A stretch of DNA of 64,000 nt from contig JBMFRX010000005.1 of the NCBI GenBank assembly GCA_049967855.1, forward strand, positions 1-64,000, given 5' to 3'. The stretch's first letter is position 1; every line of letters begins with the position of its first letter. This document shows, piece by piece, positions 8,176 through 18,126 of the stretch. Origin of the DNA: Caldisericaceae bacterium (GTDB lineage: Bacteria > Caldisericota > Caldisericia > Caldisericales > Caldisericaceae). The notes beneath the pieces were generated by a model. The model ran no database searches. It saw only the letters and a list, made by a program, of their open reading frames with translations, and was not told the DNA's origin. The translations under genes were made by a program, and so were the position numbers.

Positions 8176-9528
8176 CTACGCAAGCAGAAGTTTCTTTGCA
8201 ATCTGGTTTTGCTTCTCTGTATATTTTGCTATATCAATGTTTGTAAATTCTCCGTTTTCAATAACCGTGTTTCCGTTTATCATTGAAAAGTCTACCTGCT
8301 TTGCATCGCAGAACACGAGTGCAGCAACTGGGTCTGAAAGTCCTCCTGCAAATTCAAGCCTATCAAGTTTAAAGCCAATGATATCGGCGGCCTTCCCCTC
8401 TTCGATGGAGCCAATCTCCTTTTCCCACTTCAGAACGCTTGCCCCTCCCATTGTTGCAAACTTAAGAACTTCTCTTGCACTAAGTGCATCTGCGCCATAT
8501 TTGACTCTCTGCAAAAGCAGGGCATTCCTTATCTCCATAAGGAAGTTTCCTGTATCGTTCGAAGAGCTTCCGTCAACGGCAAGGCTTATTTTGATGTTTG
8601 TTTTCTTCATAACAGACACAGGCGATATTCCAGAGCCAAGCCTCATATTTGAAGTTGGACAGTGAGCCATTCCAACATTTGCATTGGAGAGTTTCTTAAT
8701 GTCGGCATTATTCAAGTGAACAAGATGAGCAAACCAGACTCTGTCGGAAAGCCAGCCAACGCGTTCCATATAATCAACAGGCCTAACTCCAAACTTCGCT
8801 ATGCAGAAATCGTCTTCATCGTCTGTTTCTGCAAGGTGTGTGTGCATCAAAAGATTGTTTTTCTCGGCATATTTTGCTGTCTCTTTCATAAGGTTCTCGG
8901 TGACAGAGAAGGGCGAGCACGGTGCGAGGGCAACTTTCGACATAGAGAAAGGTTTGGTGTCATGGTAAAGTGAAACCACTCTCTCGTAGTCGGCAAGAAT
9001 CTCATCTTCGGTCTGCACAACAGAATTGGGAGGAAGCCCTCCATCTTTTTTAGAAAGCGACATACTACCTCTGGTTCCGTAGAAACGAACCCCTGTGATC
9101 CTTGCCCCTTCAATTTCTGCATCAAAAAGGTGCGGATGCCCTTTTGGAAAAAGGTAGAGATGATCGGTTGTGGTTGTGACTCCGCTCTTCATAAGCTCAA
9201 GAATAGCAGTTACGGTGGAGATTTTTACGGCTTCTTCATCAATATTCTTCCAGCGCTCATAAAGAAAAACAAGCCAGTCGAAAAGTTTAACATCCTGCAC
9301 TTCCTTCACGGCTCTGAAAAGTGACTGGTAAAAATGGTGGTGAGTGTTTATGAAGCCTGGCATAAAAAGCATCCCTTTGCCGTCTATGACTCTGTCTGCT
9401 TTTGGCTCGGTTCCTGTGCCCATCTGTTTGATTACGTTGCCGTCTATATATATCCAGCCGTTTTTTATTTCATCGAGATTTTTATTGAAAGTGGCTATGA
9501 CATCTGCATTCCTGATTAATGTTGTCAT
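8176..9528 (-). CDS. 8-oxoguanine deaminase-like amidohydrolase
   Basis: INTHHHFYQ, APCSPFSV, HTHLAE, VDGSSSND. Confidence 0.88.
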   Translation of the reverse strand: MTTLIRNADVIATFNKNLDEIKNGWIYIDGNVIKQMGTGTEPKADRVIDGKGMLFMPGFINTHHHFYQSLFRAVKEVQDVKLFDWLVFLYERWKNIDEEAVKISTVTAILELMKSGVTTTTDHLYLFPKGHPHLFDAEIEGARITGVRFYGTRGSMSLSKKDGGLPPNSVVQTEDEILADYERVVSLYHDTKPFSMSKVALAPCSPFSVTENLMKETAKYAEKNNLLMHTHLAETDDEDDFCIAKFGVRPVDYMERVGWLSDRVWFAHLVHLNNADIKKLSNANVGMAHCPTSNMRLGSGISPVSVMKKTNIKISLAVDGSSSNDTGNFLMEIRNALLLQRVKYGADALSAREVLKFATMGGASVLKWEKEIGSIEEGKAADIIGFKLDRLEFAGGLSDPVAALVFCDAKQVDFSMINGNTVIENGEFTNIDIAKYTEKQNQIAKKLLLA

Positions 9529-11819
9529 TTGTTTGCCTCCTTGAGTTTCTCATAAACGAGTTCGCTTGTCGCGGGGATTTTAAAAAGCCTTATTCCCGTT
9601 GCATTGTGAATTGCATTTGTAATTGCAGGTGCAGTTGCCACCATAACTGTTTCTGAGATACCCTTGGAGTTGAAAGGCCCTGTCTCTTCAGGGTTTATGA
9701 CGGGAATCGTTTCAATATTCAAGGGCGCATCTTTGATAGATGGGATAATGTAAGTTGAGAAATTGGGATTCTTGACAATGCCTTTTTCAATTATTACATC
9801 CTCTGTGAGCCCATAGCCCATTCCCATTACGAAGCCTCCTTCAACTTGTGCTTCATATCCCTGCCTGTTCATTACAACGCCTCCGTCAACGGCTTCTGCT
9901 CCTTCGAGAACGGTCACTTCACCTGTCAGAGTGTTTACCTCAACGTAAGCAACGTGAGCTGAGAATGCGAAAATGTGGTGGGGCAGCCCAAAAGCATTCT
10001 TAATTTCAATATCAGCTGTTGGCACCACAAAGTAGCCCTCTGTGACGGGAAGATGCCCTTCCTGCTGAACGAAAATATTTGCTAATTCCGCAAAGCTAAT
10101 AAATTTCTTTGGTTCTTCTTTTGAATAGATGAAGCCTTCTCCGAAATCAAGTGCAGATGGTTCAAGATTCATAACTTTGGAAGCTTTGTCAAGAAGAACT
10201 TTCTTCATTTTTTCTGCGGCGATTATTGAAGCTTTGCCTCCTGTGTAAACACCACGCGAGGCGCTTGTAGGTCCAGAATCAGCCGAAAGGAAAGAATCTC
10301 CCAGGATTACTTTCACATCCTTTATGTCTATGTTCATTTCATCTGCAACTATCTCTGCATATGATGTGCCAATCCCCTGGCCGTAGTCGACTGTACCGAC
10401 GCCAACAGTAAATCCTCCGTCTTCTCTCATTGAAAGGATTGCACCGCCGTAATCAGGCAGGCCCACTCCAAGCCCAGTGCCCTGATAGGTCAGTGCAACA
10501 CCTACTCCCCTTTTGAGCCAGGGTTTATTTGGGTCAGTTGCTTTGCAAAGCTCGCTCCTATTTTTCCATATATCGGATTGTTCAATGGCATCGAGAACCT
10601 GCGGTGTGCCAACGCTTGTTGTGAGTGTATTTCCCATAGGAGTTTTGTCGCCCTTTCTCAAGGCATTCTTTTTCCTGAGCTCTATCGGGTCAATCCCAAG
10701 TTTCTCGGCGATTATATCCATTTGAGTTTCGCAGGCAAAGGTTACCTGAGGTGCTCCAAAGCCTCTAAAAGCGCCTGCTACTCCGTTATTTGTGAAAACG
10801 GCATACCCGTCGATGTGCACATTGTCAACTCTGTATGGACCTGCCGCATGCTCTACTGCAAGATTCAATACAGGGCCACCTAAAGAGGAATAAGCTCCTT
10901 TATCCTGGATAATTTTTGCTTCGACTGCAAGTATTGTGCCATCTTTTTTTACGGCTGTTTTATAGTGCATTATATAGGGATGCCTTTTCCAATATGATAT
11001 TATGGACTCTTCTCTTGACAGTGTTATCTTTACGGGGCGTTTTGTTTTCAGTGCAAGAAGCCCGAGGATGGGCTGTATGGTGAGCTCGTCTTTTCCGCCA
11101 AATGCACCGCCAACAGGATAAGAGACTACCCTGATTTTCTTAGGGTTGATAGAAAGGCACCTTGCAAGTTGAAGCTGGTCTCTCTGAGGATACTGAGAGC
11201 CTGCATAAACGTTTAGATTGCCTTCTTCGTCAACGAAAGCAACTCCGCCTTCGGTTTCAAGAAAAGCATGTTCCTGTCTTCCTGTGTAGTAAGTGTTTTC
11301 AATGATTAGGTCAGCGTTTTTGAAAGCTTCATTTACGTCTCCGCGAGTTACCTCTGTGTGGAGTTGAATATTTCCCTCTTCGTGAACCTTTGGGGAATCT
11401 GGCTCAAGCGCTTTGACAGGGTCGTCAACAATTGGCAAAGGTTCATATTCAACTTGTATAAGGGATGCTGCCTTGTCGGCAATTTCCTCTGACTCTGCAG
11501 CCACCGCTGCTACGGCATCGCCGATATATCTCACTTTGTCGCTGCATAGAACAGGCATATCTGGGACTACTATTCCAAATCCATTAACACCCGGAACATC
11601 CTCGTATGTGATTACTGCTATTACTCCTTTCAGTGCTCTTGCTTTAGAAGTATCGATTTTGAGGATTCTTGCATGAGGGTATTTGGCTCTGAGAATTTTC
11701 CCGTAGAGCATATCTCGCAAAACCAAATCTGACATATATTTTATTGCCCCAGTTGCCTTATCGAGAGCATCGATCCTTTCAACGGATTTTCCAATGTACC
11801 TGGCTTTTTGTTCACTCAT
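9525..11819 (-). CDS. xanthine dehydrogenase family Mo-binding subunit (PucD/XdhA-like)
   Basis: VGGAFGGK, AFRGFGAPQ, GPTSASR, catalytic Glu in KGISE; start MSEQK after GGAGG. Confidence 0.93.
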   Translation of the reverse strand: MSEQKARYIGKSVERIDALDKATGAIKYMSDLVLRDMLYGKILRAKYPHARILKIDTSKARALKGVIAVITYEDVPGVNGFGIVVPDMPVLCSDKVRYIGDAVAAVAAESEEIADKAASLIQVEYEPLPIVDDPVKALEPDSPKVHEEGNIQLHTEVTRGDVNEAFKNADLIIENTYYTGRQEHAFLETEGGVAFVDEEGNLNVYAGSQYPQRDQLQLARCLSINPKKIRVVSYPVGGAFGGKDELTIQPILGLLALKTKRPVKITLSREESIISYWKRHPYIMHYKTAVKKDGTILAVEAKIIQDKGAYSSLGGPVLNLAVEHAAGPYRVDNVHIDGYAVFTNNGVAGAFRGFGAPQVTFACETQMDIIAEKLGIDPIELRKKNALRKGDKTPMGNTLTTSVGTPQVLDAIEQSDIWKNRSELCKATDPNKPWLKRGVGVALTYQGTGLGVGLPDYGGAILSMREDGGFTVGVGTVDYGQGIGTSYAEIVADEMNIDIKDVKVILGDSFLSADSGPTSASRGVYTGGKASIIAAEKMKKVLLDKASKVMNLEPSALDFGEGFIYSKEEPKKFISFAELANIFVQQEGHLPVTEGYFVVPTADIEIKNAFGLPHHIFAFSAHVAYVEVNTLTGEVTVLEGAEAVDGGVVMNRQGYEAQVEGGFVMGMGYGLTEDVIIEKGIVKNPNFSTYIIPSIKDAPLNIETIPVINPEETGPFNSKGISETVMVATAPAITNAIHNATGIRLFKIPATSELVYEKLKEANK

Positions 11820-12694
11820 CTTGCATTCCTCCATCCATTGTTAAAAAGCTCTACTAAGCCTTCATACAGAAGATTGGTGGACATATCTCTCCTGTACTCA
11901 AATGAGCCTCTAATATCTGAAATTGGCGAGACTTCCCTGAAAGCAAGTTTTGAGATATAAGAAATCTTATCAAGCGAGTCCAATGGTTCACTCATCAATG
12001 CGTTCTCTACTATTTTTCCCCTGACAACTGTCGGTGCAACAGCTCCAAAAGAAACCAGAGCCTTTGAGAAATGGTTTTCTGCATCCACCTGCAATTTGGC
12101 TGCAACGCTTATAACTGAGATTGCAATACCTTTTCTCTGACCAATCTTTTTGAAAAAGCCTGCTTCATTTTCCTTGAACTTTGGAATGACTATGTCGACC
12201 AGAAGCTCGTCGTTTCTTTTCACCGTTTTTCCTGGGCCTACGAAAAAGTCCTCCACGTTTATTGTTCTTTCTGAGGCTTTGCTTGCAAGTTTGAGCTTTG
12301 CTTCCGAGACGAAAAGCGCAGGAAGTGAATCGCCTGCAGGTGATGCGTTTGCAATATTTCCGCCAATGGTACCTCTGTTTCTTATTTGAGGCGAGCCGAT
12401 ACTTTTGCAGGCTTGTTGCAGCACAGGCAAAAACTTTTTAATCAAATCGCTTTCAACAATCTGAGTGTGAGTCGTGAGAGGAAGTATGTGTATGTATTCA
12501 CCATCCTCATATATTCCTTTGAGTTCTTTGATTGGGGAAATATCCAAAATTTCATCTTCCTTGAGCATATCTTGCTTCAGGCGAATAAGGATGTCAGTCC
12601 CTCCTGCAATCACTCTTATAGACTCTTTTCTGTCTGATAAAATGGAAAACGCTTCCTCAATTGTATTTGCTTTGAAGTAATCAATATCCTTCAT
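11816..12694 (-). CDS. xanthine dehydrogenase family FAD-binding subunit
   Basis: IAGGTD, QIRNRGTIGGNIANASPAGD, ISDIRGS. Confidence 0.93.
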   Translation of the reverse strand: MKDIDYFKANTIEEAFSILSDRKESIRVIAGGTDILIRLKQDMLKEDEILDISPIKELKGIYEDGEYIHILPLTTHTQIVESDLIKKFLPVLQQACKSIGSPQIRNRGTIGGNIANASPAGDSLPALFVSEAKLKLASKASERTINVEDFFVGPGKTVKRNDELLVDIVIPKFKENEAGFFKKIGQRKGIAISVISVAAKLQVDAENHFSKALVSFGAVAPTVVRGKIVENALMSEPLDSLDKISYISKLAFREVSPISDIRGSFEYRRDMSTNLLYEGLVELFNNGWRNAR

Positions 12695-13505
12695 GAGCAC
12701 TCCTTTCAGTTTTAACATTATCTAAAGAGCCTTTGTTGTTGGCTATAATCTCTGCAAGAATTGCAATAGATATTTCAAATGGCGTATCGCCGTTTATGTC
12801 TATTCCGACTGGGGCAAAAATCTGTTTGATAAATTCGTCCTTAACGCCAAGTTCGGTTGCTTTTGAAAAACACTTGTTGCGCCTGCCCGTGCTTCCTATC
12901 ATCCCAATATAAGAATACTTAACGTCCTTTTGCGCAAGCCCCTGGAGTATATATGGGTCGTCGATTCCGCCAAGAGTTACTATCACCACGATTGCTCCAT
13001 TGCGAATTGGCAAGGCATCAACGCTTTTGTAGATGTCTGCTCCTGTAAAAACCTGAGCGTCAGGAAATCGCTCTCTTGTGGCAAGTTCTTCGCGGTCATC
13101 AACAATTATGAATTCATAGCTTTTTGAGAGCCTTGCGATATCGTAAAGCATCTTCCCCAGATGCCCTGCTCCAAATATCACCAATTGCTGTGGAGAGCCA
13201 ATGTATTCAAGGTAAATCTCGATTTCGCCGCCGCATACCATTCCAAGTGACGTTTCCTCGCCCTCTTTCAGTATATGTTTGCGGAATGCTGTTCCGTGTG
13301 TTTTGAACAATTCGGCCGAAATCTCTATAGCCTCTTTTTCTATTCCGCCGCCTCCGACTGTACCATAGGTAGTTCCATCAGGCAAAATTATCATTTTGAA
13401 GCCAGACTTGCCTGATGTAGAATCCTGTGCATTCACAACTATTGCAAGCACAAATTCACTGTGATTGTTGATTAGTTCAACCATTTTTTCATAAATCTGA
13501 TACAT
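12681..13505 (-). CDS. XdhC/CoxI family Moco chaperone
   Basis: GTVGGG, LGMVCGG, IFGAGH, YIGMIGS, APVGIDI, EISIAILAEII. Confidence 0.93.
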   Translation of the reverse strand: MYQIYEKMVELINNHSEFVLAIVVNAQDSTSGKSGFKMIILPDGTTYGTVGGGGIEKEAIEISAELFKTHGTAFRKHILKEGEETSLGMVCGGEIEIYLEYIGSPQQLVIFGAGHLGKMLYDIARLSKSYEFIIVDDREELATRERFPDAQVFTGADIYKSVDALPIRNGAIVVIVTLGGIDDPYILQGLAQKDVKYSYIGMIGSTGRRNKCFSKATELGVKDEFIKQIFAPVGIDINGDTPFEISIAILAEIIANNKGSLDNVKTERSAHEGY

Positions 13506-14484
13506 CTATAAAACCTCCTTCGCCCATCTCGAGGATTTCGTCCCTTGAGAGTTTGTAATCTGATAGTACAATTGGTAGGATTCTGTGAAAACTTGTGTTC
13601 TTTTTGGCCAATGCAACGCCGCTAGGAAGCCCCAAAATAGGAGTTTTGTTAAGATAGGCAACAACGATATTTTGTCCTGGCCAGATAGGCAAGCCGTACT
13701 TCACTACGTCTGCTCCAAGCTTTTTGATGCTTTCCACGGTTCTGTCGTCAGGGTCGACGCCCATTCCTCCTATGAATACAACAAGGTTTGCCCCATTTGA
13801 CAGAGCGTTTAATGTCTTGCTAACTATCACTTCAGGGTTGTCAGGAAGGATTTCTCTTTCGCTTGTCTCCTGTCCTAACCCTCTCAGATACTCTGCAACA
13901 TTAAGGCTGACAGTTTCGGTTCGCCTGCCTTCGATGAATTCGTTTCCTACTGGAAACAAAGCTATCGTATGCTTCTTTATCGTATAAAGGTCGAAAATGG
14001 GAAAATAATCTGCTATAACTTTCCTTGCCTTGTCCATAACAGATACGGATATCTCTTTTGGCATAACTTTGCCTATTGCAACAGGAGTACCCTTCCTTAC
14101 GAAAGCAAGGTGTCTCTTTGAGGCAATACTTATATCGTCGATATCATTGAGCTTTCTTAACCCAATCTTGTTTACAAGAAATATGCCATCTGACTCTGCA
14201 AATATCTTGACCCTTGATTCAGAAGGCTCAGAAATGGAAAGGTTGCTTTGAATTGATGAAAGCATTATTTCTTTTGCGGCAGCGTCTTCGTGGATGTGAG
14301 ACTCATCGGTCTCGTCAAGTATCCAGACATAGTGCCTCCCGATAGAAAGGAGAAGCGGGATATCTGATTCTTGAATGATATGCCTTGCTCTAAAGGCAAC
14401 TTCGCGTTTGACTCCGCCGATTATGTTTGTGATATCTGTCCCAAGAGCCATTCCTATTGCTTCTTCTGTTTTTACTCTTTTCAT
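13489..14484 (-). CDS. molybdopterin-binding (MoeA/CinA-like) protein
   Basis: GNE, GGMGVDPDD, PIWPG motifs; probable start MKRVKTEEA. Confidence 0.8.
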   Translation of the reverse strand: MKRVKTEEAIGMALGTDITNIIGGVKREVAFRARHIIQESDIPLLLSIGRHYVWILDETDESHIHEDAAAKEIMLSSIQSNLSISEPSESRVKIFAESDGIFLVNKIGLRKLNDIDDISIASKRHLAFVRKGTPVAIGKVMPKEISVSVMDKARKVIADYFPIFDLYTIKKHTIALFPVGNEFIEGRRTETVSLNVAEYLRGLGQETSEREILPDNPEVIVSKTLNALSNGANLVVFIGGMGVDPDDRTVESIKKLGADVVKYGLPIWPGQNIVVAYLNKTPILGLPSGVALAKKNTSFHRILPIVLSDYKLSRDEILEMGEGGFIDVSDL

Positions 14485-14485
14485 A

Positions 14486-15094
14486 TCAATGCTCTCTTGA
14501 GGACAGATTATACAGAGAAAGCACTTTTTCGTAATCCTCTTTAGTATCCATATCAATAAGGATGGATTCATCTTCAACAGGTAAAAGTTTTACCAAATCC
14601 CTATCACTGAATAGAATATCCTTAAGGGTAGTTTTTGCAGGGTCTGCTTTTAAGATTCGTTGTGCAGTAGCCTGTGGAATGATTACTGGATGGCCTTTCC
14701 TTCCATTTGTGGTGGGAATCAATATTTCTCCCTCTGAATAGTGCTCTATTAATGTGTTTATTATGGCAGTATTCACAAGGACATTATCAGAAAGCCCTAT
14801 CAGAGTGTCTTTGCAGTTGGCAACTGCTACGCCCTTCTGTATTGAGGAAAACATTCCCATTTCGTAATTATCGTTTACGGCAATGGTTAATTTGTCTGAA
14901 TTAAAAGTTTTATTAATAAATGCTTTCACCATTTCTGCATTTTTCCCCAACACAAGAACGACTTCCTGGAGTTTCGAAGACAGGTACTCATTAAGAAGTA
15001 TTTCTATCACTGTTTTGTTGCCAATTTTCAATAGGATTTTCGGCTCCCCCATCCGCTCCGATTTCCCTGCAGCAAGCAAAACCCCTGTTATCAT
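14486..15094 (-). CDS. molybdenum cofactor cytidylyltransferase (MocA-like)
   Basis: LAAGKSERMG, GMFSSI, GHPV, DMDT; adjacent to xdh genes. Confidence 0.88.
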   Translation of the reverse strand: MITGVLLAAGKSERMGEPKILLKIGNKTVIEILLNEYLSSKLQEVVLVLGKNAEMVKAFINKTFNSDKLTIAVNDNYEMGMFSSIQKGVAVANCKDTLIGLSDNVLVNTAIINTLIEHYSEGEILIPTTNGRKGHPVIIPQATAQRILKADPAKTTLKDILFSDRDLVKLLPVEDESILIDMDTKEDYEKVLSLYNLSSREH

Positions 15095-15097
15095 TGT

Positions 15098-15565
15098 TTA
15101 GCTTTCCTTACTTACTCTCTCGACAGCTTTTATAATCTTAATGTATCCAGTGCATCTGCAAAGGTTGCCTGAAAGCCCTTCCCTGATTTCCTCTTCGTTT
15201 GGATGTGGATTTTTGGAGAGCAGAGAGTATGTTGATACTACAAACCCTGGAGTGCAGAAGCCGCACTGTACAGCGCCTTCTTCAACAAAAGCCTTCTGAA
15301 TAGGATGCGGGTTTTGAGGAGTCCCAATACCTTCAATTGTAGTTATCTTGGCTTTGTCGGCCTGAGCAGCAAGAACCAGGCACGATGTTACGGCTTCACC
15401 ATTCATAATGACGGTACAGGCTCCGCATTCGCCTTTATCGCATCCTTTCTTGGTACCTGTGAGGTTCAGTTTGTCGCGAAGAACCTGTAAAAGAGTCCAG
15501 TTTGATGGAACATCAAGTGAATAATGTTTTTCGTTTATATCCAGGCTAATGGAAACGCTTTTCAA
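15098..15565 (-). CDS. xanthine dehydrogenase family 2Fe-2S subunit
   Basis: GCDKGECGACTV, QCGFCTPG, NLCRCTGY. Confidence 0.95.
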   Translation of the reverse strand: MKSVSISLDINEKHYSLDVPSNWTLLQVLRDKLNLTGTKKGCDKGECGACTVIMNGEAVTSCLVLAAQADKAKITTIEGIGTPQNPHPIQKAFVEEGAVQCGFCTPGFVVSTYSLLSKNPHPNEEEIREGLSGNLCRCTGYIKIIKAVERVSKES

Positions 15566-15570
15566 TCAAA

Positions 15571-16806
15571 TCACCTCGTCTCAGAAAAGAAATGAACTTC
15601 GTCATTTAATTTCTCTTTCATTCTTATTGCATCAACAGGACATACTTGCATGCACATTGCACAACCAGTGCACTTTTCTTCATCTACAGAAGGAGTTCTT
15701 GTTTCCGAGTTCCACTCTATTGCCATATGGCCACCATCATGGCAGGCTGCATAGCAGAGACCGCAACCAATGCATTTGTCTGCGTTGATTTCTGAGTGAG
15801 TTTCGGGCTTTGGAAGGTCTTCCTGATTTTTAATATTCGGCAGAGCTTTGCCTACAATGTCGCTTGGACTGCTGAAGCCCATTTCGTCAAGATAATGTTC
15901 AAAACCACTCTTAAGGTCTCTTATTGTCCTGAATCCATAGTGCATAGGAAGCGTGCAGAATTGAACATTCTGTGCGCCAACAGCCATAAATTCAACAGCA
16001 TCTTTCCAGTTAAAAGCCCCGCCATTGCCAGATATTACTATGTCGACATTCTTGGCAATTTCTGCAATCGTTCTTAAGGTTAAGGGCTTTATCGCAGGTC
16101 CTGATAGTCCTGAGTAGGAACCTTCGCCAAATAGGGTCGGGTATGGTTCAAAAGTCTTGATATCGACACCAAGGAGAGATGGCACAGTATTGCTTGCAGT
16201 TATCCCGTCGGCCCCACCTCTTTTGACAGCTTTTGCAACTTCGACTATGTCGGTCACCTGAGGGGTGATTTTGATTAAGACAGGCGTAGTGTCAGCGGCT
16301 TCTTTTACCCAGCGTGTGACTTTTTCAGTGGCCTCTATGCTTTGAGCAAGCATCTTTCCTGCCTCTTCGCCCATACTGCCCTGTGGGCAACTGAAACTGC
16401 ACTCAATGAGGTCGGCACCTGCTTTTTTGAGTCGCCAGACGAGATTTTGCCAATCCTCTTTGCTTGCTCCCATTATTGAAGCTGCAATCATCCTGTCGGG
16501 GAATTCTTTCTTCAGGTACTTAATTCGCTCTTCTATATCGTTTATGTGATACTGAGAGATAAGGTCAATGTTTCCCAGGCCAACGACTTTCTTGCTCATT
16601 GGACCAAAAGATGACATCATTGGATTTTTCAAGTTCACTGGGTTGTTTTCAACGGAAGTTGTCTTAAGGATCACACCAGCCCAACCTGCTCTTAAACCAT
16701 TTTCCGCTATTTCAAGTTCGTCAGTTGGAGGTGCAGCCGAAAGAATAAAAGGGCTTTCGAGGTGCAATCCCAGGAAATTTATGGATAGATCTCTTCTCTT
16801 ATACAT
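15571..16806 (-). CDS. preA: dihydropyrimidine dehydrogenase subunit PreA-like (FMN, 2x4Fe-4S)
   Basis: FSCPQ catalytic Cys, KITP, SNT, GLSGPAIKP, C-terminal CIGCGLC and CTGCAMC. Confidence 0.88.
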   Translation of the reverse strand: MYKRRDLSINFLGLHLESPFILSAAPPTDELEIAENGLRAGWAGVILKTTSVENNPVNLKNPMMSSFGPMSKKVVGLGNIDLISQYHINDIEERIKYLKKEFPDRMIAASIMGASKEDWQNLVWRLKKAGADLIECSFSCPQGSMGEEAGKMLAQSIEATEKVTRWVKEAADTTPVLIKITPQVTDIVEVAKAVKRGGADGITASNTVPSLLGVDIKTFEPYPTLFGEGSYSGLSGPAIKPLTLRTIAEIAKNVDIVISGNGGAFNWKDAVEFMAVGAQNVQFCTLPMHYGFRTIRDLKSGFEHYLDEMGFSSPSDIVGKALPNIKNQEDLPKPETHSEINADKCIGCGLCYAACHDGGHMAIEWNSETRTPSVDEEKCTGCAMCMQVCPVDAIRMKEKLNDEVHFFSETR

Positions 16807-18067
16807 TTTCTCCTCCTGAAAGATATTGCAAAATATTCTGTGCTGCTTCTTTGCCGTCGTGGACAGATTCAACGATTGTGCTTGCCCCTCTCACTATGTC
16901 GCCGCCAGCAAATACGCCTTTGACAGATGTCATATAGTTCTCATCAACTTTGATAAGGTGATTTTCGGTTTTTTCAAGCTCAGGGAAATAGTTAGATGCT
17001 TTCTGTCCTATGGCTATTATGACTGCATCGAGCGGGATAACAAAATCCGAATCTGGCACTTCCTCAAAGGTGCTTCTTCCAGATGCATCAGGAGCGCCAA
17101 GCCGTGCCCTCCTTACAAGAATCCCTTGCACTTTGTCAGAGCCTCTAACTTCAAGCGGTATGGCAAGGAATTGGAAGGTAACTCCCACGTTGGTTGCCTC
17201 GTCTATTTCGTCCTTGAATGCTTTTAGTTCTTTTAATCCTCTGCGGTATATAACTTCAACATCTCTATCTCGGTTTTCAAGTTTAAGGACTGTGGCAATT
17301 TCAATTGCAACATTACCTCCGCCTATTACGCCCACTCTTTTCCCGAGCCCTGTTTTGAGGCCAGACTTGGCAATTTTGAGAAGTTCCCTTGCGTAGTATA
17401 CGCCTCTCAGGTTTGAATTGATGTTTGGCAAATCAAGTTCGCCAGTGAGTCCAGTGGAAATAAAAACAGCGTCAAACCCCTTTTCAATCTCGGAAAGACT
17501 TGTAATTTTCTTGTCTTTCACTTCACTTACGAAGTTCCTTAGAATAAATTTAGTTTCCTTCTCTGTGATTGCAGTGTCAAGTCGAGCCGCTGAAATCTCA
17601 TGCACTGGAATTCCGCCAAGGTTTTTCTTCTCAAATATGACGGTTGAAACACCCTCTTCTCCAAGTTCTCTTGCACAAGCCAATCCCGCAGGGCCTCCGC
17701 CAATGATTGCAACTTTTTTTGCTCCCATCTCAGGCTTTGCAAAATTCTTGTAGACATCTGTTGAATCTGTGACAAACCTGTGGAGTTCACGAATTCTAAT
17801 TGGTGAGTCGATTTTTGCGCGTGTGCAGGCAGACTGGCAAAAACTTTCTTCGGGACAGACACGCCCGCATGTTTCAATTAATGGATTAGCTTCAACCAAA
17901 ATCTCATGTGCGCCATTGAGGTTTCCTGTACGGATTGATTGAATAAACTCAGGGACTGGCACATGAGCTGGGCAAGCTTTCTCACAAGGGGCATCATAGC
18001 AGTAAAGACATCTCTCTGCCTCTATGAGGGCTTCTTCTTTTGAAAGGCTTCTCTTCTGTTCTTCCAT
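16799..18067 (-). CDS. preT: dihydropyrimidine dehydrogenase subunit PreT-like (GltD-type FAD/FeS)
   Basis: RCLYCYDAPCEKACP, CGRVCP, GGGPAG, GGGNVA, FAGGD; overlaps preA. Confidence 0.85.
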   Translation of the reverse strand: MEEQKRSLSKEEALIEAERCLYCYDAPCEKACPAHVPVPEFIQSIRTGNLNGAHEILVEANPLIETCGRVCPEESFCQSACTRAKIDSPIRIRELHRFVTDSTDVYKNFAKPEMGAKKVAIIGGGPAGLACARELGEEGVSTVIFEKKNLGGIPVHEISAARLDTAITEKETKFILRNFVSEVKDKKITSLSEIEKGFDAVFISTGLTGELDLPNINSNLRGVYYARELLKIAKSGLKTGLGKRVGVIGGGNVAIEIATVLKLENRDRDVEVIYRRGLKELKAFKDEIDEATNVGVTFQFLAIPLEVRGSDKVQGILVRRARLGAPDASGRSTFEEVPDSDFVIPLDAVIIAIGQKASNYFPELEKTENHLIKVDENYMTSVKGVFAGGDIVRGASTIVESVHDGKEAAQNILQYLSGGENV

Positions 18068-18097
18068 TATTCCTCCTTGAATGCAATTGTGGATATT

Positions 18098-18126
18098 ATT
18101 ATATATTATTGTCTATAAACTGTCAA
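18098..18126 (-). promoter_or_regulatory. consensus promoter TTGACA-N17-TATAAT for the preT-xdh operon
   Basis: Perfect -35 (18121-18126, inside the rsmI 3' end) and -10 (18098-18103). Confidence 0.8.

Noticed and set aside
8176..18067. Selenocysteine read-through in the xdh or pre genes
   Set aside because: All ORFs are full length and none needs an internal TGA.
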